NCBI GenBank assembly: GCA_963804995.1
Contig: CAWDSK010000006.1
Location: forward strand, 1,056,001-1,120,000
From: an uncultured Acidobacteriota bacterium
GTDB lineage: Bacteria > Acidobacteriota > Terriglobia > UBA7540
Reading direction: 5' to 3'
DNA length: 64,000 nucleotides
A program made the position numbers and the translations under genes. The notes beneath the pieces were generated by a model that saw only the letters and a list, made by a program, of their open reading frames with translations, ran no database searches and had not been told where the DNA came from. This document shows positions 1 to 12,356 of the stretch, in pieces. The first letter of the stretch is position 1, and every line of letters begins with the position of its first letter.

Positions 1-7
1 GAAGTAA

Positions 8-76
8 CCCCTCACCCGTCCCGCCCCGGCTGATGAAAACGCCGGCGGCGGTCCACCCTCTCCCCTCGGAGAGGGC
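8..76 (+). repeat. REP-like palindromic repeat, family A (CCCCTCACCCGTCCCGCCCCGGCTGATGAAAACGCCGG...CCCTCTCCC..GGAGAGGGC)
   Basis: Near-identical copies at 12110, 20387, 20543, 21489, 23099, ~33120, 45328 and 45544, in both orientations, all intergenic. Confidence 0.9.
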
Positions 77-301
77 GGTTTGACTTCCAACCTTCTCCCA
101 GGGGTCGCAGATTCCGCCGTGGCGGGAGAAGGTGCTGAGGGACGAAGCGGATGAGGGGTTCCTTGGATGGAAGTCACGACTTTCAATGCGCACCCCAAAA
201 TGTTTGCTAAAAAAACAAGAATATACGGTATTGCGAGGCAGAGTCTGGTTATTCAGAGACCCTGCTAGCCCCTACACGCCCGGTGAGCAGGCGACCTGGG
301 C

Positions 302-2465
302 TCAGGTATGCGGCGCACGCTCGACCTGAAAGACGCCATCAATTTTGCCCAAGGAGGAGAGAATCTTCTTCGAGGTGATCAACATCAACAATGTCGACGG
401 TGACCTCAATGTTGGCGCGATTGTCGCCGGTGCGCGCCTCGATGTTCTGGATATTGGAATGTACCCCCGCAATGGCTGAGGTAACATCTGCCAGCAGGCC
501 CTGGCGGTCTTCGGTAACCAGCATGAGCTTGACCGGATAGAGTGCATATTTGGGTCCCACCCACTCCACGTCGATGCGCCGGTCGGCGTCGTAAAGTAAA
601 TTCTGAACATTGGAGCAGTGCTTGGCGTGCACGGCGATACCTTTGCCGCGCGTAATGTAACCGATGATAGTCTCACCGCGCACGGGATTGCAGCACTTGG
701 CGCGATAGACCATCAGGTCGTTGTGCCCATCGACCTGGATGGCGATTTCCGAGGCCATGCCAAAGACGCGTTTGAAGGAAGTGCTGAGGCGCGAGGCCTG
801 GGCGGGTTCAAGCTTGGCCGTGGGCGCGAGCTTGGAAAGGACTTGGCGAGCTGCGAACTTTCCGTACCCGATGCCGGCGTAGAGGTTGTCAGCCGTGGTA
901 CAGCCGTAATCACGCGCCACGCGGGCATAGTCTTCGTCCGCAACCTTCTTCAGACCGATATCGAATTTGCGCGCCTCTCTTTCCAGCAAACGTCTGCCAA
1001 TCTCAAGCGCCTGCTTGCGCTGCGCCACGTTGATCCAGTGCTTGATCTTGTTGCGCGCCCGCGAAGTCTTGGCCAGCCCCAGCCAGTCGCGGCTGGGAGC
1101 GTGGTTGGTCTGCGTGACAATCTCAACAATGTCGCCGTTGCGCATCCGGTATTTGAGCGGCACGATGCGGCCGTTCACCTTGGCGCCCACGCAATGATGT
1201 CCGACCTCGGTGTGGATGGCATAGGCGAAGTCGATGGGCGTGGCGTCACGCGGCAAGACAATGACTTTCCCTTTGGGCGTGAAGGTGTACACCTCTTCGG
1301 GGTAGAGGTCGATTTTTAGGGTGGAGAGAAACTCGCCGGGGTCACGAATCTCCTGCTGCCACTCCACCAGGTGGCGTAGCCAGGCGAAACGCTCTTCGTC
1401 CTGCTGGGTGGGGGGGCGCCCGTCCTTGTACTTCCAGTGCGCGGCGATGCCCTCCTCCGCGATGCGATGCATTTCCTCGGTGCGAATCTGCACCTCAAAG
1501 GGCTGGCCATGCGGGCCGATGACGGAGGTGTGTAGCGACTGGTAGAGGTTCGGGCGGGGAATGGCGATGAAATCCTTGATGCGGCCGGGGACTGGCCGCC
1601 AGGTGTTATGAATAATGCCCAACGCGGCGTAACAATTCTTGACGTTATCCGTGACGATGCGGATGGCAAGCAGGTCGTATACCTGTTCAATCGAAATATG
1701 CTGGCGGCGCAGTTTCTGCCAGATGCTGTAGAGGCGCTTGATGCGGCCCTCGACGTGGGCGGGAATATTCACCTCCTTCATCTTGGCCTCCACTTGCTCT
1801 CGCACTTCGGCCAGGAATTCATCGCTCACTTTACGCCGGCTTTCCACGGCGCTCTTGAGTTCCTCAAACGCATCGGGCTCCAGGTGGCGGAACGAAAGGT
1901 CTTCCAGCTCGCCGCGCACCTTTCCCATGCCCAGGCGGTGAGCGATGGGCGCGTAGATTTCCAGGGTCTCGCGCGCTATCCGTTCACGGCGGTCCGGCGG
2001 CAGGAATTCCAGCGTGCGCATGTTGTGCAGACGGTCCGCGAGCTTGACCAGGACGACGCGGATATCGTCCACCATAGCCAGAACCATCTTGCGGTAGTTT
2101 TCAGCCTGTTGTTCCTCCGGGCTCAGAAACTTGATCCTACTGATTTTGGTGACGCCTTCCACGATGCGCGCTACTTCCGCGCCGAAGTCCTGGCGCACGA
2201 GTTCGGGTGTAGTGCGCGTGTCTTCAATCACGTCGTGCAGCATGCCCGCGGTGAGACAAACCGGATCCATTTTCATGCCCGCCAGGATGTGCACGACTTC
2301 CAAGGGGTGCGAAATGAACGGCTCCCCGGAAAGGCGTTTCTGGTCAGCATGTTTGGAGGCGGTGAATTCGTAAGCCTTGCGGAGCACGGACAGGTCTTCA
2401 CCCGGGCGGTAGGACTGCACTTGTCGCAGGATGTCCTCAAATTGGACCATGACCTTAACTGCCAT
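302..2465 (-). CDS. relA: Bifunctional (p)ppGpp synthetase/hydrolase (RelA/SpoT homologue), with a +1 frameshift near 370
   Basis: HD motif LHDVIEDT, synthetase YQSLHT and EVQIRT, TGS and ACT domains. The natural ACT C-terminus KILSSLGKIDGVFQVER lies in the adjacent frame ending at 302; removing one A from CTCGAAGAAG restores it. Confidence 0.95.
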
Positions 2466-2507
2466 TCTAACAGGTTGCAGGGGAACGGTGTAGCTGGGGT
2501 GGCGGGC

Positions 2508-2614
2508 GGTAGTGTCTTAGTTTGATGTAGCGGCGAGTTTACCTCGCCATATGGCGGCGTCCCGATCAGATCGGGATGAATGCCGCCGCCGCTACATCAA
2601 ATTGAGACACTACC
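2508..2614. mobile_element. MITE family B: imperfect TIRs enclosing a GTAG-type REP doublet
   Basis: Ends GGTAGTGTCTTAGTTTGATGTAGCGGCG and CGCCGCTACATCAAATTGAGACACTACC; flanked by TGGCGGG(C/T) direct repeats; sister copy at 40689. Confidence 0.75.
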
Positions 2615-2636
2615 TGGCGGGTTACTGAAAGAACGA

Positions 2637-2683
2637 AGGCCGGATTCAACTCTTCCCCCCGGGGGTCGAGACGAATCCGGCCT
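2637..2683 (-). terminator. Probable intrinsic terminator after the tgt-secDF-tonB-TPR gene run
   Basis: AGGCCGGATTC/GAATCCGGCCT stem followed on the minus strand by TCGTTCTTTC, 27 bp after the TPR stop. Confidence 0.55.
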
Positions 2684-2709
2684 GAAACTCACGTTGCCTG
2701 AAGTTCGGT

Positions 2710-3522
2710 CTACTGTGCCGCAGTGGCAGCGGCAGCGGTGGCTCCGGCCTTCTTAGCTGCGAGCGCCTTGTCCATCCAATCGTTGGCCGACTTCAAATCT
2801 TCCTGCCGGCCGTCCGAGTCGGGATCGATCTCCGCCTTTTGGCGATACATCAGGTTGAGATAAACCATCGTATCGGAATCATTAGGCTTGAGCTCGATAG
2901 CTTTCGACAGCGCCTTGATGCCCTCATCCACCAGCGGCCCATTCTTTTCCGACAGGCCGGCGAGCTCCTTCTTCGGAATAGGCTGCATGATATCCGGGTG
3001 ATTGGGATCCTTAGGGAAGTCGATATGGAGATTCTTCCGCACCTCTTGCGCCCGGGGGAAGCAAGCGGCCCAATCCAGCACGCCGATCCAGTAATAGGGC
3101 TCGGGGTTGTTAGGTTCCAACTTCAATCTTTGCTGTTGGAAGTCCTTCGCCTTGTCGAAATCCTTCATGTTGTAATAGATCTGGGCGATGCTGGCGAGGG
3201 CCGTGGTGTTGGCCGGATCCATCTTCAGCACGTCCTGGAAAGCCTCGATCGCCTGTTGGGCGATCTTGGTATTGTCCGGCGAGTCTCCACCGGGGACGTA
3301 CTGTTGGGCATAAGCTGTGGCGAGATAAAGCCGGGCGTTCAGAAGGGTCGGGTCAAGGGCCACAGCGTTCTTGAAATTCATGATAGCTTGCTGGAACTGC
3401 GCGTTGCGGTAAGCCGCGACTCCTTTATTAAGCTGGTCGCGAGCCTTCAATTTGCTGCACCCGCACGAAGCGACCACTAGCAGCAGCGCCCCGCAAAGCG
3501 GGACGAGCTTGTAAAGTTTCAT
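2710..3522 (-). CDS. TPR-repeat lipoprotein associated with the TonB/ExbBD cluster
   Basis: Lipoprotein-like signal peptide (LLVVASCGC) and several TPR-type repeats (ALDP, KMDP, KLEP, ELKP). Confidence 0.85.
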   Translation of the reverse strand: MKLYKLVPLCGALLLVVASCGCSKLKARDQLNKGVAAYRNAQFQQAIMNFKNAVALDPTLLNARLYLATAYAQQYVPGGDSPDNTKIAQQAIEAFQDVLKMDPANTTALASIAQIYYNMKDFDKAKDFQQQRLKLEPNNPEPYYWIGVLDWAACFPRAQEVRKNLHIDFPKDPNHPDIMQPIPKKELAGLSEKNGPLVDEGIKALSKAIELKPNDSDTMVYLNLMYRQKAEIDPDSDGRQEDLKSANDWMDKALAAKKAGATAAAATAAQ

Positions 3523-3556
3523 CTGGGTTCCTCCGTCACCCCAGGCAGGTGAGGAA

Positions 3557-3988
3557 CTACGAGCCTTCCTCGACCGCCTTGGTAATTAACCCAATCTTGT
3601 CGATCCCTGCCCCCTTGGCGACGTCAATAATCGCGGCGATCGCCCCAAAGGGCAAACTAGGATCACCCTTCACGAACATCACACGTTCGTTGCGGGTTTT
3701 GAAAATGTCCTCGAGCCTTGGACCGAGCGCGCTGATGGTAGTATCTTCCTGATTGATCTTAATTCGGCGTTCCGCGTCGATGCTGACCACCACGGTGCGG
3801 TTGATAACGTCCTCATTAACCGGCTTGTCCTTCGGGCTCGGTTGAGGGACGAGCGCGTCCAGTCCTTTAGGTGTCAATGGTGTGATCACCATAAAGATGA
3901 TGATCAGCACCAGTAAGACATCGATAAGTGGGGTAATATTCATGTCCACAATCGGACCTTTCTTGCTACCCCCTACGGCCATAGCCAT
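3557..3988 (-). CDS. exbD: Biopolymer transport protein ExbD/TolR
   Basis: MNITPLIDVLLVLIIIFMV signature. Confidence 0.9.
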   Translation of the reverse strand: MAMAVGGSKKGPIVDMNITPLIDVLLVLIIIFMVITPLTPKGLDALVPQPSPKDKPVNEDVINRTVVVSIDAERRIKINQEDTTISALGPRLEDIFKTRNERVMFVKGDPSLPFGAIAAIIDVAKGAGIDKIGLITKAVEEGS

Positions 3989-4042
3989 AGTACTACCCTC
4001 CTTCGGGTTTAGCGAACCGAGCCCAGCGTTCCAGGCGCGCGC

Positions 4043-4492
4043 CTACTGCACGGCTCCTGAAACCGCCCCCGGGCCTTTGTGTTCAACTTTCTCGGTGAGC
4101 AGACCCAGGGAGTCCACTCCCGCAGCGCGGACGGCATCCACCACGGAGACGACGTCGCCGTACTTTGCTTGCGAGTCGCTTTTGACGTAGACCGTCTTAT
4201 CCAACTTGCTGGAAATCCGGTCCTTCACCGTGGGAGTAATCGAATCCAGGGTGACTTTGTCGGGACCCAGGTAGATCTTGCCGTCCCGTGTAATCGCCAG
4301 CAACACAGCGTCTTCCTTGTCGGCGTCCGCCATGGCGCGGGGATTCTGGACTTTTGCCAAGTCCACGCTGACGCCCTTCTGCAACAAGGGCGTGATCACC
4401 ATGAAGATGATCAGCAGTACCAGCATCACATCCGCCATGGGGGTCACGTTAATATCCGAGACTGCCCCAAGCGACGAGGTTCTCTTGGCCAT
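4043..4492 (-). CDS. exbD: Biopolymer transport protein ExbD/TolR
   Basis: INVTPMADVMLVLLIIFMV signature; VYVKSD...YGDVVSVVD. Confidence 0.9.
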   Translation of the reverse strand: MAKRTSSLGAVSDINVTPMADVMLVLLIIFMVITPLLQKGVSVDLAKVQNPRAMADADKEDAVLLAITRDGKIYLGPDKVTLDSITPTVKDRISSKLDKTVYVKSDSQAKYGDVVSVVDAVRAAGVDSLGLLTEKVEHKGPGAVSGAVQ

Positions 4493-5230
4493 TTACTTCT
4501 TCCCCCGTGACGTCCGCTTGATGAAGTAGTCAATCAATTCGGACGAAGAGTTATCCATCTCGACGTCGAACGATTCGATCTTGCTGATGAAGTAGTTGTA
4601 AATCCACACGGCGGGGATGGCGACAAACAAGCCGACGGCGGTGGTAACCAGGGCTTCCGCGATACCGCCGGCGACGGCTGCCAAGCCCGTGGACTTCGCC
4701 GAGGAGATTCCTTCAAACGCGTGGATGATGCCCAGCACGGTGCCGAACAGGCCCACGAAAGGCGCGGTGGAACCGATGGTGGCGAGGCTGGAAACCCCGC
4801 GCTTCAATTCCGCGTGCACGATCGCTGAGGCCCGCTCCAGAGCGCGCTTGGAAGCCTCAATGGTCTCGCCGGGGATCTCCGCAGACACCTGATGTGCCTG
4901 GAATTCCTGCAGACCTGCGGTGACCACCTTCGCCAGGTGGCTCCGCTTGTTCTGCTCGGCGATGGAGATGGCTTCGTCAATTTTGCCGTCCTTCAGCGCG
5001 CCCGCTACCGCCGGGGCGAAAACCCGCGACTGCTTGCGAGCCGAACTGAAGGCAATCCAACGATCGATCATGACCCCGATCGACCAGGCCGACATGACGA
5101 ACAGGACGATCACGACCGTGCGGGCCGGCCAACCCATCGATCGCCACATGGAAACGGGGTCGAACCCCACTGTTTCCTGTGCTTCCTGGAACAACCAAAG
5201 ACCCAGAGCAAAAAGGTTTGCCGCTACCAT
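4493..5230 (-). CDS. exbB: MotA/TolQ/ExbB proton channel protein
   Basis: [17 protein letters not shown] and [19 protein letters not shown] motifs. Confidence 0.92.
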   Translation of the reverse strand: MVAANLFALGLWLFQEAQETVGFDPVSMWRSMGWPARTVVIVLFVMSAWSIGVMIDRWIAFSSARKQSRVFAPAVAGALKDGKIDEAISIAEQNKRSHLAKVVTAGLQEFQAHQVSAEIPGETIEASKRALERASAIVHAELKRGVSSLATIGSTAPFVGLFGTVLGIIHAFEGISSAKSTGLAAVAGGIAEALVTTAVGLFVAIPAVWIYNYFISKIESFDVEMDNSSSELIDYFIKRTSRGKK

Positions 5231-5272
5231 AATGTTGTGTTCCCTCCTCGAAATTTTTCTAACATCTTCTGA

Positions 5273-6316
5273 CTATTCCGCTAACGTGAAATTCACATCG
5301 ATCTCGGTGACCACTTCCACCGGCTCACCGTTCAGCAGTGTCGGTTGATAGCGCCAGCGCTGCACGGCTTCGAGAGCCGATTTGACCAGCAACGGGTGGC
5401 CGTTCATCACTTTCAAATCCTGAATCGTACCGTCTTTACTGATGATGGCCTCCAGCCGCACCGTGCCCTGAATGCGTGCCATCTTCGCCAGGGGTGGATA
5501 CTCCGGTTTAGGCTGGAAGATCAATTTCGCAGATTCCACCTGACCGCCTACCCGAATACGCTTGGGGGCTACGGCCTTGGGCGGGGGCGGGGGTGGGGGT
5601 GCAGCAGCCGAAAGGGCGCCACCAATCACGCCGCCTAGTACGCCGCCCAACTGTCCACCTGCCATGCCGCCCGGCACGCCGCCCACCACGCCAACCGCTC
5701 CGGAGGGGGCCTGCTCAGGCTCGTCCTTAATCTGGGCAATGGTCTTGGGGATAACCGTGGGAGCGCGCATGATGTCTTCGGCGCTGACATGATGAACAAT
5801 CTTAACCGGTACCGCCGCAGCCGGTGGAGGCGGCGGGGGGGGAGGTGGAGGTGGGGCCGCCAGGAAGGTCATCAACTGTGCCTTGGGTAAAGCCTCCGTG
5901 TAAATCAAGGGGTAAAGCACAGTGAGACCGACAATGATGACTTCCACCATGTAGGCAACCGGAAGAGTCGCCCGCTTCCAATCTCCGGTCTTGGCCGCCG
6001 AGTAGACCAGGTAGATGATAAAGCCTACCAGGGGCAAAAGCAGGTTGACCACGAACCACAAGCCACGGTTGAAACCGTAGCGCCCTGCGTCGGCCACGAC
6101 ATAGCAAAGAATCAGGGAAAAACCGGTGAGCACGACACCCAGAATCGTAGCCTGCGCAATGACCACCTTGGCCTCAGCCCCGAACGAAACCACGGGCAGC
6201 AAGAAGTACAATGCCAGGAACACGGCCACGCCAACACCAATCGAGATGAGCCAATGCTTCGTCTTTAAGATGGGCGCAGCCTTAGGCGAAGACTCCAGCA
6301 AGCTGTCTTCAAACAT
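5273..6316 (-). CDS. tonB: Energy transducer TonB with an expanded multi-helix membrane N-terminus
   Basis: Pro-rich linker and TonB_C domain (PEYPPLAKMARIQGTV...AVQRWRYQP). Confidence 0.9.
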   Translation of the reverse strand: MFEDSLLESSPKAAPILKTKHWLISIGVGVAVFLALYFLLPVVSFGAEAKVVIAQATILGVVLTGFSLILCYVVADAGRYGFNRGLWFVVNLLLPLVGFIIYLVYSAAKTGDWKRATLPVAYMVEVIIVGLTVLYPLIYTEALPKAQLMTFLAAPPPPPPPPPPPAAAVPVKIVHHVSAEDIMRAPTVIPKTIAQIKDEPEQAPSGAVGVVGGVPGGMAGGQLGGVLGGVIGGALSAAAPPPPPPPKAVAPKRIRVGGQVESAKLIFQPKPEYPPLAKMARIQGTVRLEAIISKDGTIQDLKVMNGHPLLVKSALEAVQRWRYQPTLLNGEPVEVVTEIDVNFTLAE

Positions 6317-6353
6317 GGATTATAGCCTCCTCAAAAACTCTCCACGTTCCGAA

Positions 6354-7601
6354 TCAGCGCGAGGCCGCCCGGCCACTGGCAACGGGCCGCATTGGGCTCT
6401 CGCTTGAAACCTTGACCCTCTGACCTACTCCACCCTTACCGAAGCGCTGATAAAAATACACCACAACCGGGCTTGCGATAAAGATAGAAGAATAAGTGCC
6501 AATGATCACTCCCACCACCAGCGCGAAAGCGAAACCGTGGATGACTTCACCCCCGAACAGGTACAGGGAGAGAACGGCCAGGAAGGTCAGCCCTGAGGTC
6601 AGGATCGTCCGGCTCAGCGTTTGGTTAATGCTGTGGTTCACGAGGCTCGCGAACTCCTCGCGCTTGTTCAGGTGAACGTTCTCCCGAATTCGATCGAAAA
6701 CTACGATCGTGTCATTCATGGAGTAGCCCACTAGCGTCAACAAGGCCGCGATGACCGTCAGGGTGATTTCCTTATTCAGCAGGGAGAAAAATCCGAGTGT
6801 AATAATAACGTCGTGGAATGTGGCGATCACCGCCGCCACCCCATAGATTAACTCAAAGCGAAACCAAATGTAAATCAACATGGCGCCCAGGCCCGCCAAT
6901 GTTACATACACTGCCTGCCGGCGCAAGTCTTTTCCTACTTTGGGCCCCACAATTTCTGTGTTCTTTACAGCGTAGCTGGACAGGTAGAAATCGTTCGACA
7001 TCGCCGAGATGACCCCGGGCGTTGCGCCGTTCACGTTGCGCAAGTCGCCCAGATCCCCAATCAGGCCGCTGCGGGGGGGTGAGTTGCGGTAGCTGACCAT
7101 GGCCTCAGCAAGATCACGATACGTCTTGGTGGCCGTATCCATCCCTTTGGCCCCCAACCCCAAGGGATCGGCAGCGGTCAGGCGATCCGCCACCGTTTGC
7201 GGGCTGGCGTTGTTGAAGTCCACTTTCCCGGCTGGGCCGGCGCCATACAAACTGCCGAGACCGGTGATGATCGCCTGCTTGCCGGCGTCCAGCGCATTGT
7301 TGGAAGTAGTCGTTTGCAGGTCAAGCAAAATATTCACTTCGTGATCCGCCGGCGCCCCGTATCCTTGAATAGTAGCGTTGCGCAAATTCTGCTGATCCAG
7401 TTGGCGCCGGATGGCGTCAATATTCGGGGCCTTGGAGAACTTCACGTAAACCAGCGTGCCGCCACGGAAGTCAATTCCGTAAACCAACCCCCGGTGCGCC
7501 ACCATCGAGATAATCCCTATTAGTGCCAGGGCCAAAGAGAGGCAGATGAAGTACCACTTTATTCCCATCCAGTCAATCTTTGGTTCGTGAAAAAACTCCA
7601 T
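6354..7601 (-). CDS. secF: Protein translocase subunit SecF with a periplasmic insertion
   Basis: GIDFRGGT, VGPKVGKDL and GYSMNDTIVVFDRIRE motifs; start placed at ATG 7601 (MEFFHE). Confidence 0.95.
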   Translation of the reverse strand: MEFFHEPKIDWMGIKWYFICLSLALALIGIISMVAHRGLVYGIDFRGGTLVYVKFSKAPNIDAIRRQLDQQNLRNATIQGYGAPADHEVNILLDLQTTTSNNALDAGKQAIITGLGSLYGAGPAGKVDFNNASPQTVADRLTAADPLGLGAKGMDTATKTYRDLAEAMVSYRNSPPRSGLIGDLGDLRNVNGATPGVISAMSNDFYLSSYAVKNTEIVGPKVGKDLRRQAVYVTLAGLGAMLIYIWFRFELIYGVAAVIATFHDVIITLGFFSLLNKEITLTVIAALLTLVGYSMNDTIVVFDRIRENVHLNKREEFASLVNHSINQTLSRTILTSGLTFLAVLSLYLFGGEVIHGFAFALVVGVIIGTYSSIFIASPVVVYFYQRFGKGGVGQRVKVSSESPMRPVASGRAASR

Positions 7602-7665
7602 GGGTTCGTACCCGTCTCCGCCGTTAGAATTGACACCGCACCCGTGCTTCAAGTTCCCAAATTTT

Positions 7666-9280
7666 CTAAATGCTCAGCTCCGCACCCTTCTCACGCCGCG
7701 TGAGTCCGTAATCAAAAATCACTCTCGAGACAAAAACCGAGGTGAAAAGGTTGGCCAACAAACCGATCGTTAAGGTCACCGCGAAGCCGCGAATCGGCCC
7801 CGTCCCGAAGGTGAAGAGAATTGCAGCCGAAACCACGGTAGTAACGTGGGTATCAATAATCGTTTTGAAGGCTTGCTCGAATCCGCCCGCCACGGCCGCT
7901 CCGACGGCTTTCCCCAGCCGCAGTTCTTCGCGAATTCTCTCAAAGATGAGCACGTTCGAGTCCACACCCATACCAACCGTCAGAATTACCCCGGCAATGC
8001 CCGGCAACGTCAGAACCGCGCCAAAATATCCGAGTGCAGCGACCAGAATGAGCAAATTTAGTACCAGCGCCAAGTCCGCGTTGATGCCCGCACCGCGATA
8101 ATAGACCAACATGAAGCCCATAACTGCGAGTAAGCCCACAATCGAGGCAATCACGCCGTGCCGAATGGAGTCAGCGCCCAAGGAGGGCCCCACGGTTGAC
8201 TCCGATTCGTATTTGATGGAGGCGGGTAGCGCGCCGGACCGCAATACCAATGCTAGATCCTGCGCCTTCTGCGGGGTGAAACCACCCGTGATTTCCCCAC
8301 GATCGTTGATCTGGCTCTGGATCACCGGAGCGTCGTAGACCCGATTATCCAGGACGATGGCCAGATACTTTCCGACGTTAGCGCCGGTGACGCGCCCGAA
8401 GCGCGTCGCCCCATCGCGGTTCAGGGTGAAATTCACGCTCGGCCGCCCACTCGCATCGTGTGACGGTTCTGCGCCACTCAGATCGCGCCCCGTAACCGCC
8501 GCGATGCGATTCAAAACGTACCACGTCTCGGTCCCGTTCTGGGCGGTGGGACCGGGCGTCAACTCAGTGTCCGGAGGAAGCACCCCGCCATGCGCCGCGA
8601 GGGCTGCTTCGCGGGAGGGAAAAGGCCCATCCGCCACCAACTTCAGTTCCAGCAGCGCCGTGGATTGAATAATGTCCTTGACCCGCGTCGGATCGTCTAC
8701 ACCCGGCAACTGCACCACGAGTTCGAAATCTGACTGCCCGTATTGGGCAATGGTGGGTTCAGTGACTCCCAGAGCGTCGATGCGCCGGCGGATGGTGTCC
8801 ATCGCCTGGAGCAGGGCCTGATTGCGTATGGTCGCGGCTGAGCTGACTTTGAGCGAAAGCAACCGGGCCATCTGATCACCGGGAACCCTTGCCAAGTCCC
8901 AATCGGAAAATTGCTGGGTCGCCAGCGTACCCAGGTCCGAAGACTTTTCCTGGGGAATACCTTTGATGAGAATCCGGTGCACGGGAGGGTTCGTACCAGT
9001 GTCGTCATTCTTCTCGACGTTCTGAGTAGGGGATGTTTTTGGCTTTCAGCTCGTCCTTCAGCCTTTCCAGAGCCTGGTCTGCGGTAATGTTTACGGCATC
9101 TTCGACCTGGACCTGCAAAACCAGGTGTGTGCCGCCACTCAAGTCGAGCCCCAGGCGGATACGGTTGTGAATATTGTCGCGAAGTTCCTGAACATTCTTG
9201 GGTAGGCCGATTATTCCCACTACGCACAGGGCAATAACCACCACAATGAAAATGACTCGGGCGCGAAGCTTGGTTTCCAT
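7666..9280 (-). CDS. secD: Protein translocase subunit SecD, with a +1 frameshift near 9020
   Basis: N-terminal LGLDLSGG (ORF 9005-9280) and body (RRIDALGV, VGPSLG, GMGVDSNVLIFERIREE) are in adjacent frames; removing one A from TCAGAACGTCGAG joins them. Confidence 0.95.
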
Positions 9281-9349
9281 GACTGGACTTCCTTACCTTA
9301 TCAACCGCAGACCCCGACTGAATTCGGGAACGCACTCGTCCCGCACCTG

Positions 9350-9715
9350 CTACTTCTTGCCCTTGGCACCAGAGTCCTGTTTAGCCGGTTCCTCCGCCCC
9401 TTCGGTAACCAATCCGGTGATGGCGGAGCGTGCGAGATCAACCTTTACCTGGCTCGAAATCTGCAACTGTACGATGCCGTCCCGGAACCCTACAATGGTC
9501 CCGTAAATCCCGCCGCTGGTCACTACCTTGTCTCCCGTTTTCAGGGTGCCCAGCATATCTTGGAGCTTCCGGCGTTGCTGCTGTTGGGGACGAATAACCA
9601 GAAAATACCAGATAGCAAAGAGCGGGGCAAATAGAACTAGAAACGAGGTGAGGCCACCCCCCGCACCAGGGTCCGCCGCTAGAACGATTGAGTTAAGCAA
9701 TAGGCACTCGATCAA
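9350..9715 (-). CDS. yajC: Preprotein translocase subunit YajC
   Basis: YFLVIRPQ and LKTGDKVVTSGGIYGTI motifs; position between tgt and secD; start uncertain. Confidence 0.93.
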   Translation of the reverse strand: MIECLLLNSIVLAADPGAGGGLTSFLVLFAPLFAIWYFLVIRPQQQQRRKLQDMLGTLKTGDKVVTSGGIYGTIVGFRDGIVQLQISSQVKVDLARSAITGLVTEGAEEPAKQDSGAKGKK

Positions 9716-9821
9716 GGTTGAGCCGTGAGTCTCAGGGATTTAGATGAGAAACCCCGCCGCTGGGAGACGGGATTTACCAGGTTCGGGCTTTCCGGATTCG
9801 CTTCTAGATTAATGAGAGCGA

Positions 9822-11094
<1,273 letters not shown>

Positions 11095-11191
11095 GCGTTT
11101 TGAGCAGGGGCGCAAACGCCATCAGAGTGCAGATAATGCCGTGCACTGGCGTCCGCCCGCGGTGGGGAATGCAGCCTGCAAACAAACCCCT

Positions 11192-11947
11192 CTATCCGGT
11201 CAGCATGGTGAGCCCGGCAACGCCCAGCACCCAGATCATCCACATCCCCAAGTAGCATAGGAAAATCGGCGTCGGCCGCACTTTCTTCCCGGTCGCGATG
11301 GATAGGCCCAGGGACGTTAGGATGATAAGCCAGATCCGGAAAACATCGAAGGAACTGGCAATGGCGTACAGCGGCCTCGAGGTCTCGCGCAGATTCAGGA
11401 AGAATCCCACGGTAGTGGGCATAAAGTTCTGCGGGTTGAATTGCTCGGGATCACCATAGAGGATTACAACCAGGCCCAGCGCGGCGCCAACCAGTGTGAC
11501 CAGGGAGGCATAGGAGACAATGGAAAAGCCCGTTTTCAAACTCACCGACCCACCCAGAATCGCGTTAACAATCAACAGGCCAAGCGCCGCGATCACCAGC
11601 ATATAGATGGGAGGGCCGATGAATCCTGCGACTCGACCAAGAATGGCGGTGATCATGGCGCCCTGGTGGACCGCTTGCTCCATCTGCTCCGGGCTCAGCT
11701 TGGAGGCCCGGCCACTTATCTCCAGCGACTGCCGGACGATTCTTTCCGCCCCGATCTTGTAGAACATCACTTCCGTCACCACGACGGCAGATACGATAAC
11801 GGTAATCAGGGGCGCTAGGAAATCGGGCCGCCACACGATCGATTCAAACGTGGTCCCCGGCGAGATGAAGACCCCCAAGGCGCGGCTTAGGAAGGAATCG
11901 GCCGGCGGCTCTTCCGGCCCAGGAGGTGCAATCATTGTTTCACCCAT
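11192..11947 (-). CDS. Yip1-family membrane protein
   Basis: GVFISPGTTFESI N-terminal motif and about 5 TM helices. Confidence 0.75.
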   Translation of the reverse strand: MGETMIAPPGPEEPPADSFLSRALGVFISPGTTFESIVWRPDFLAPLITVIVSAVVVTEVMFYKIGAERIVRQSLEISGRASKLSPEQMEQAVHQGAMITAILGRVAGFIGPPIYMLVIAALGLLIVNAILGGSVSLKTGFSIVSYASLVTLVGAALGLVVILYGDPEQFNPQNFMPTTVGFFLNLRETSRPLYAIASSFDVFRIWLIILTSLGLSIATGKKVRPTPIFLCYLGMWMIWVLGVAGLTMLTG

Positions 11948-12109
11948 GACTTATCCCTCGACAAGTCCGACCGCTGCGCCCCCGAAAGGAACAGCGGGGC
12001 CAGGAAGCAAGTGCGCAACCGCCTTTTCGCTGCGGTCCGCCGACAATTCTCTGCAATGCAATACCGTAAATCCTTGTTTTTTTGACAAGAATATTTTGCA
12101 CCGAACTGA

Positions 12110-12179
12110 CCCCTCACCCGTCCCGCGCCAGCTCGTAAGAACGCTGGCCGCGGTCCACCCTCTCCCCTGCGGAGAGGGC
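12110..12179 (+). repeat. REP family A copy (variant)
   Basis: CCCCTCACCCGTCCCGC...GGTCCACCCTCTCCCCTGCGGAGAGGGC. Confidence 0.85.
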
Positions 12180-12356
12180 TATGATTCTCTTTTGGTTGCG
12201 GCCTCGCCGCGCTGCGCTGCCCACTTCGTTGTTCTCCGCCAATTTCGAACCGGAATCTCGGGCGTGAAAATATCTGCTACTTCCCAGGCGAGCAAGATAA
12301 TTGGAGGGTAAGGAACTCGGCGCGCCACGTGAAGCACCAGCCGGTTGCAGAGAAAA

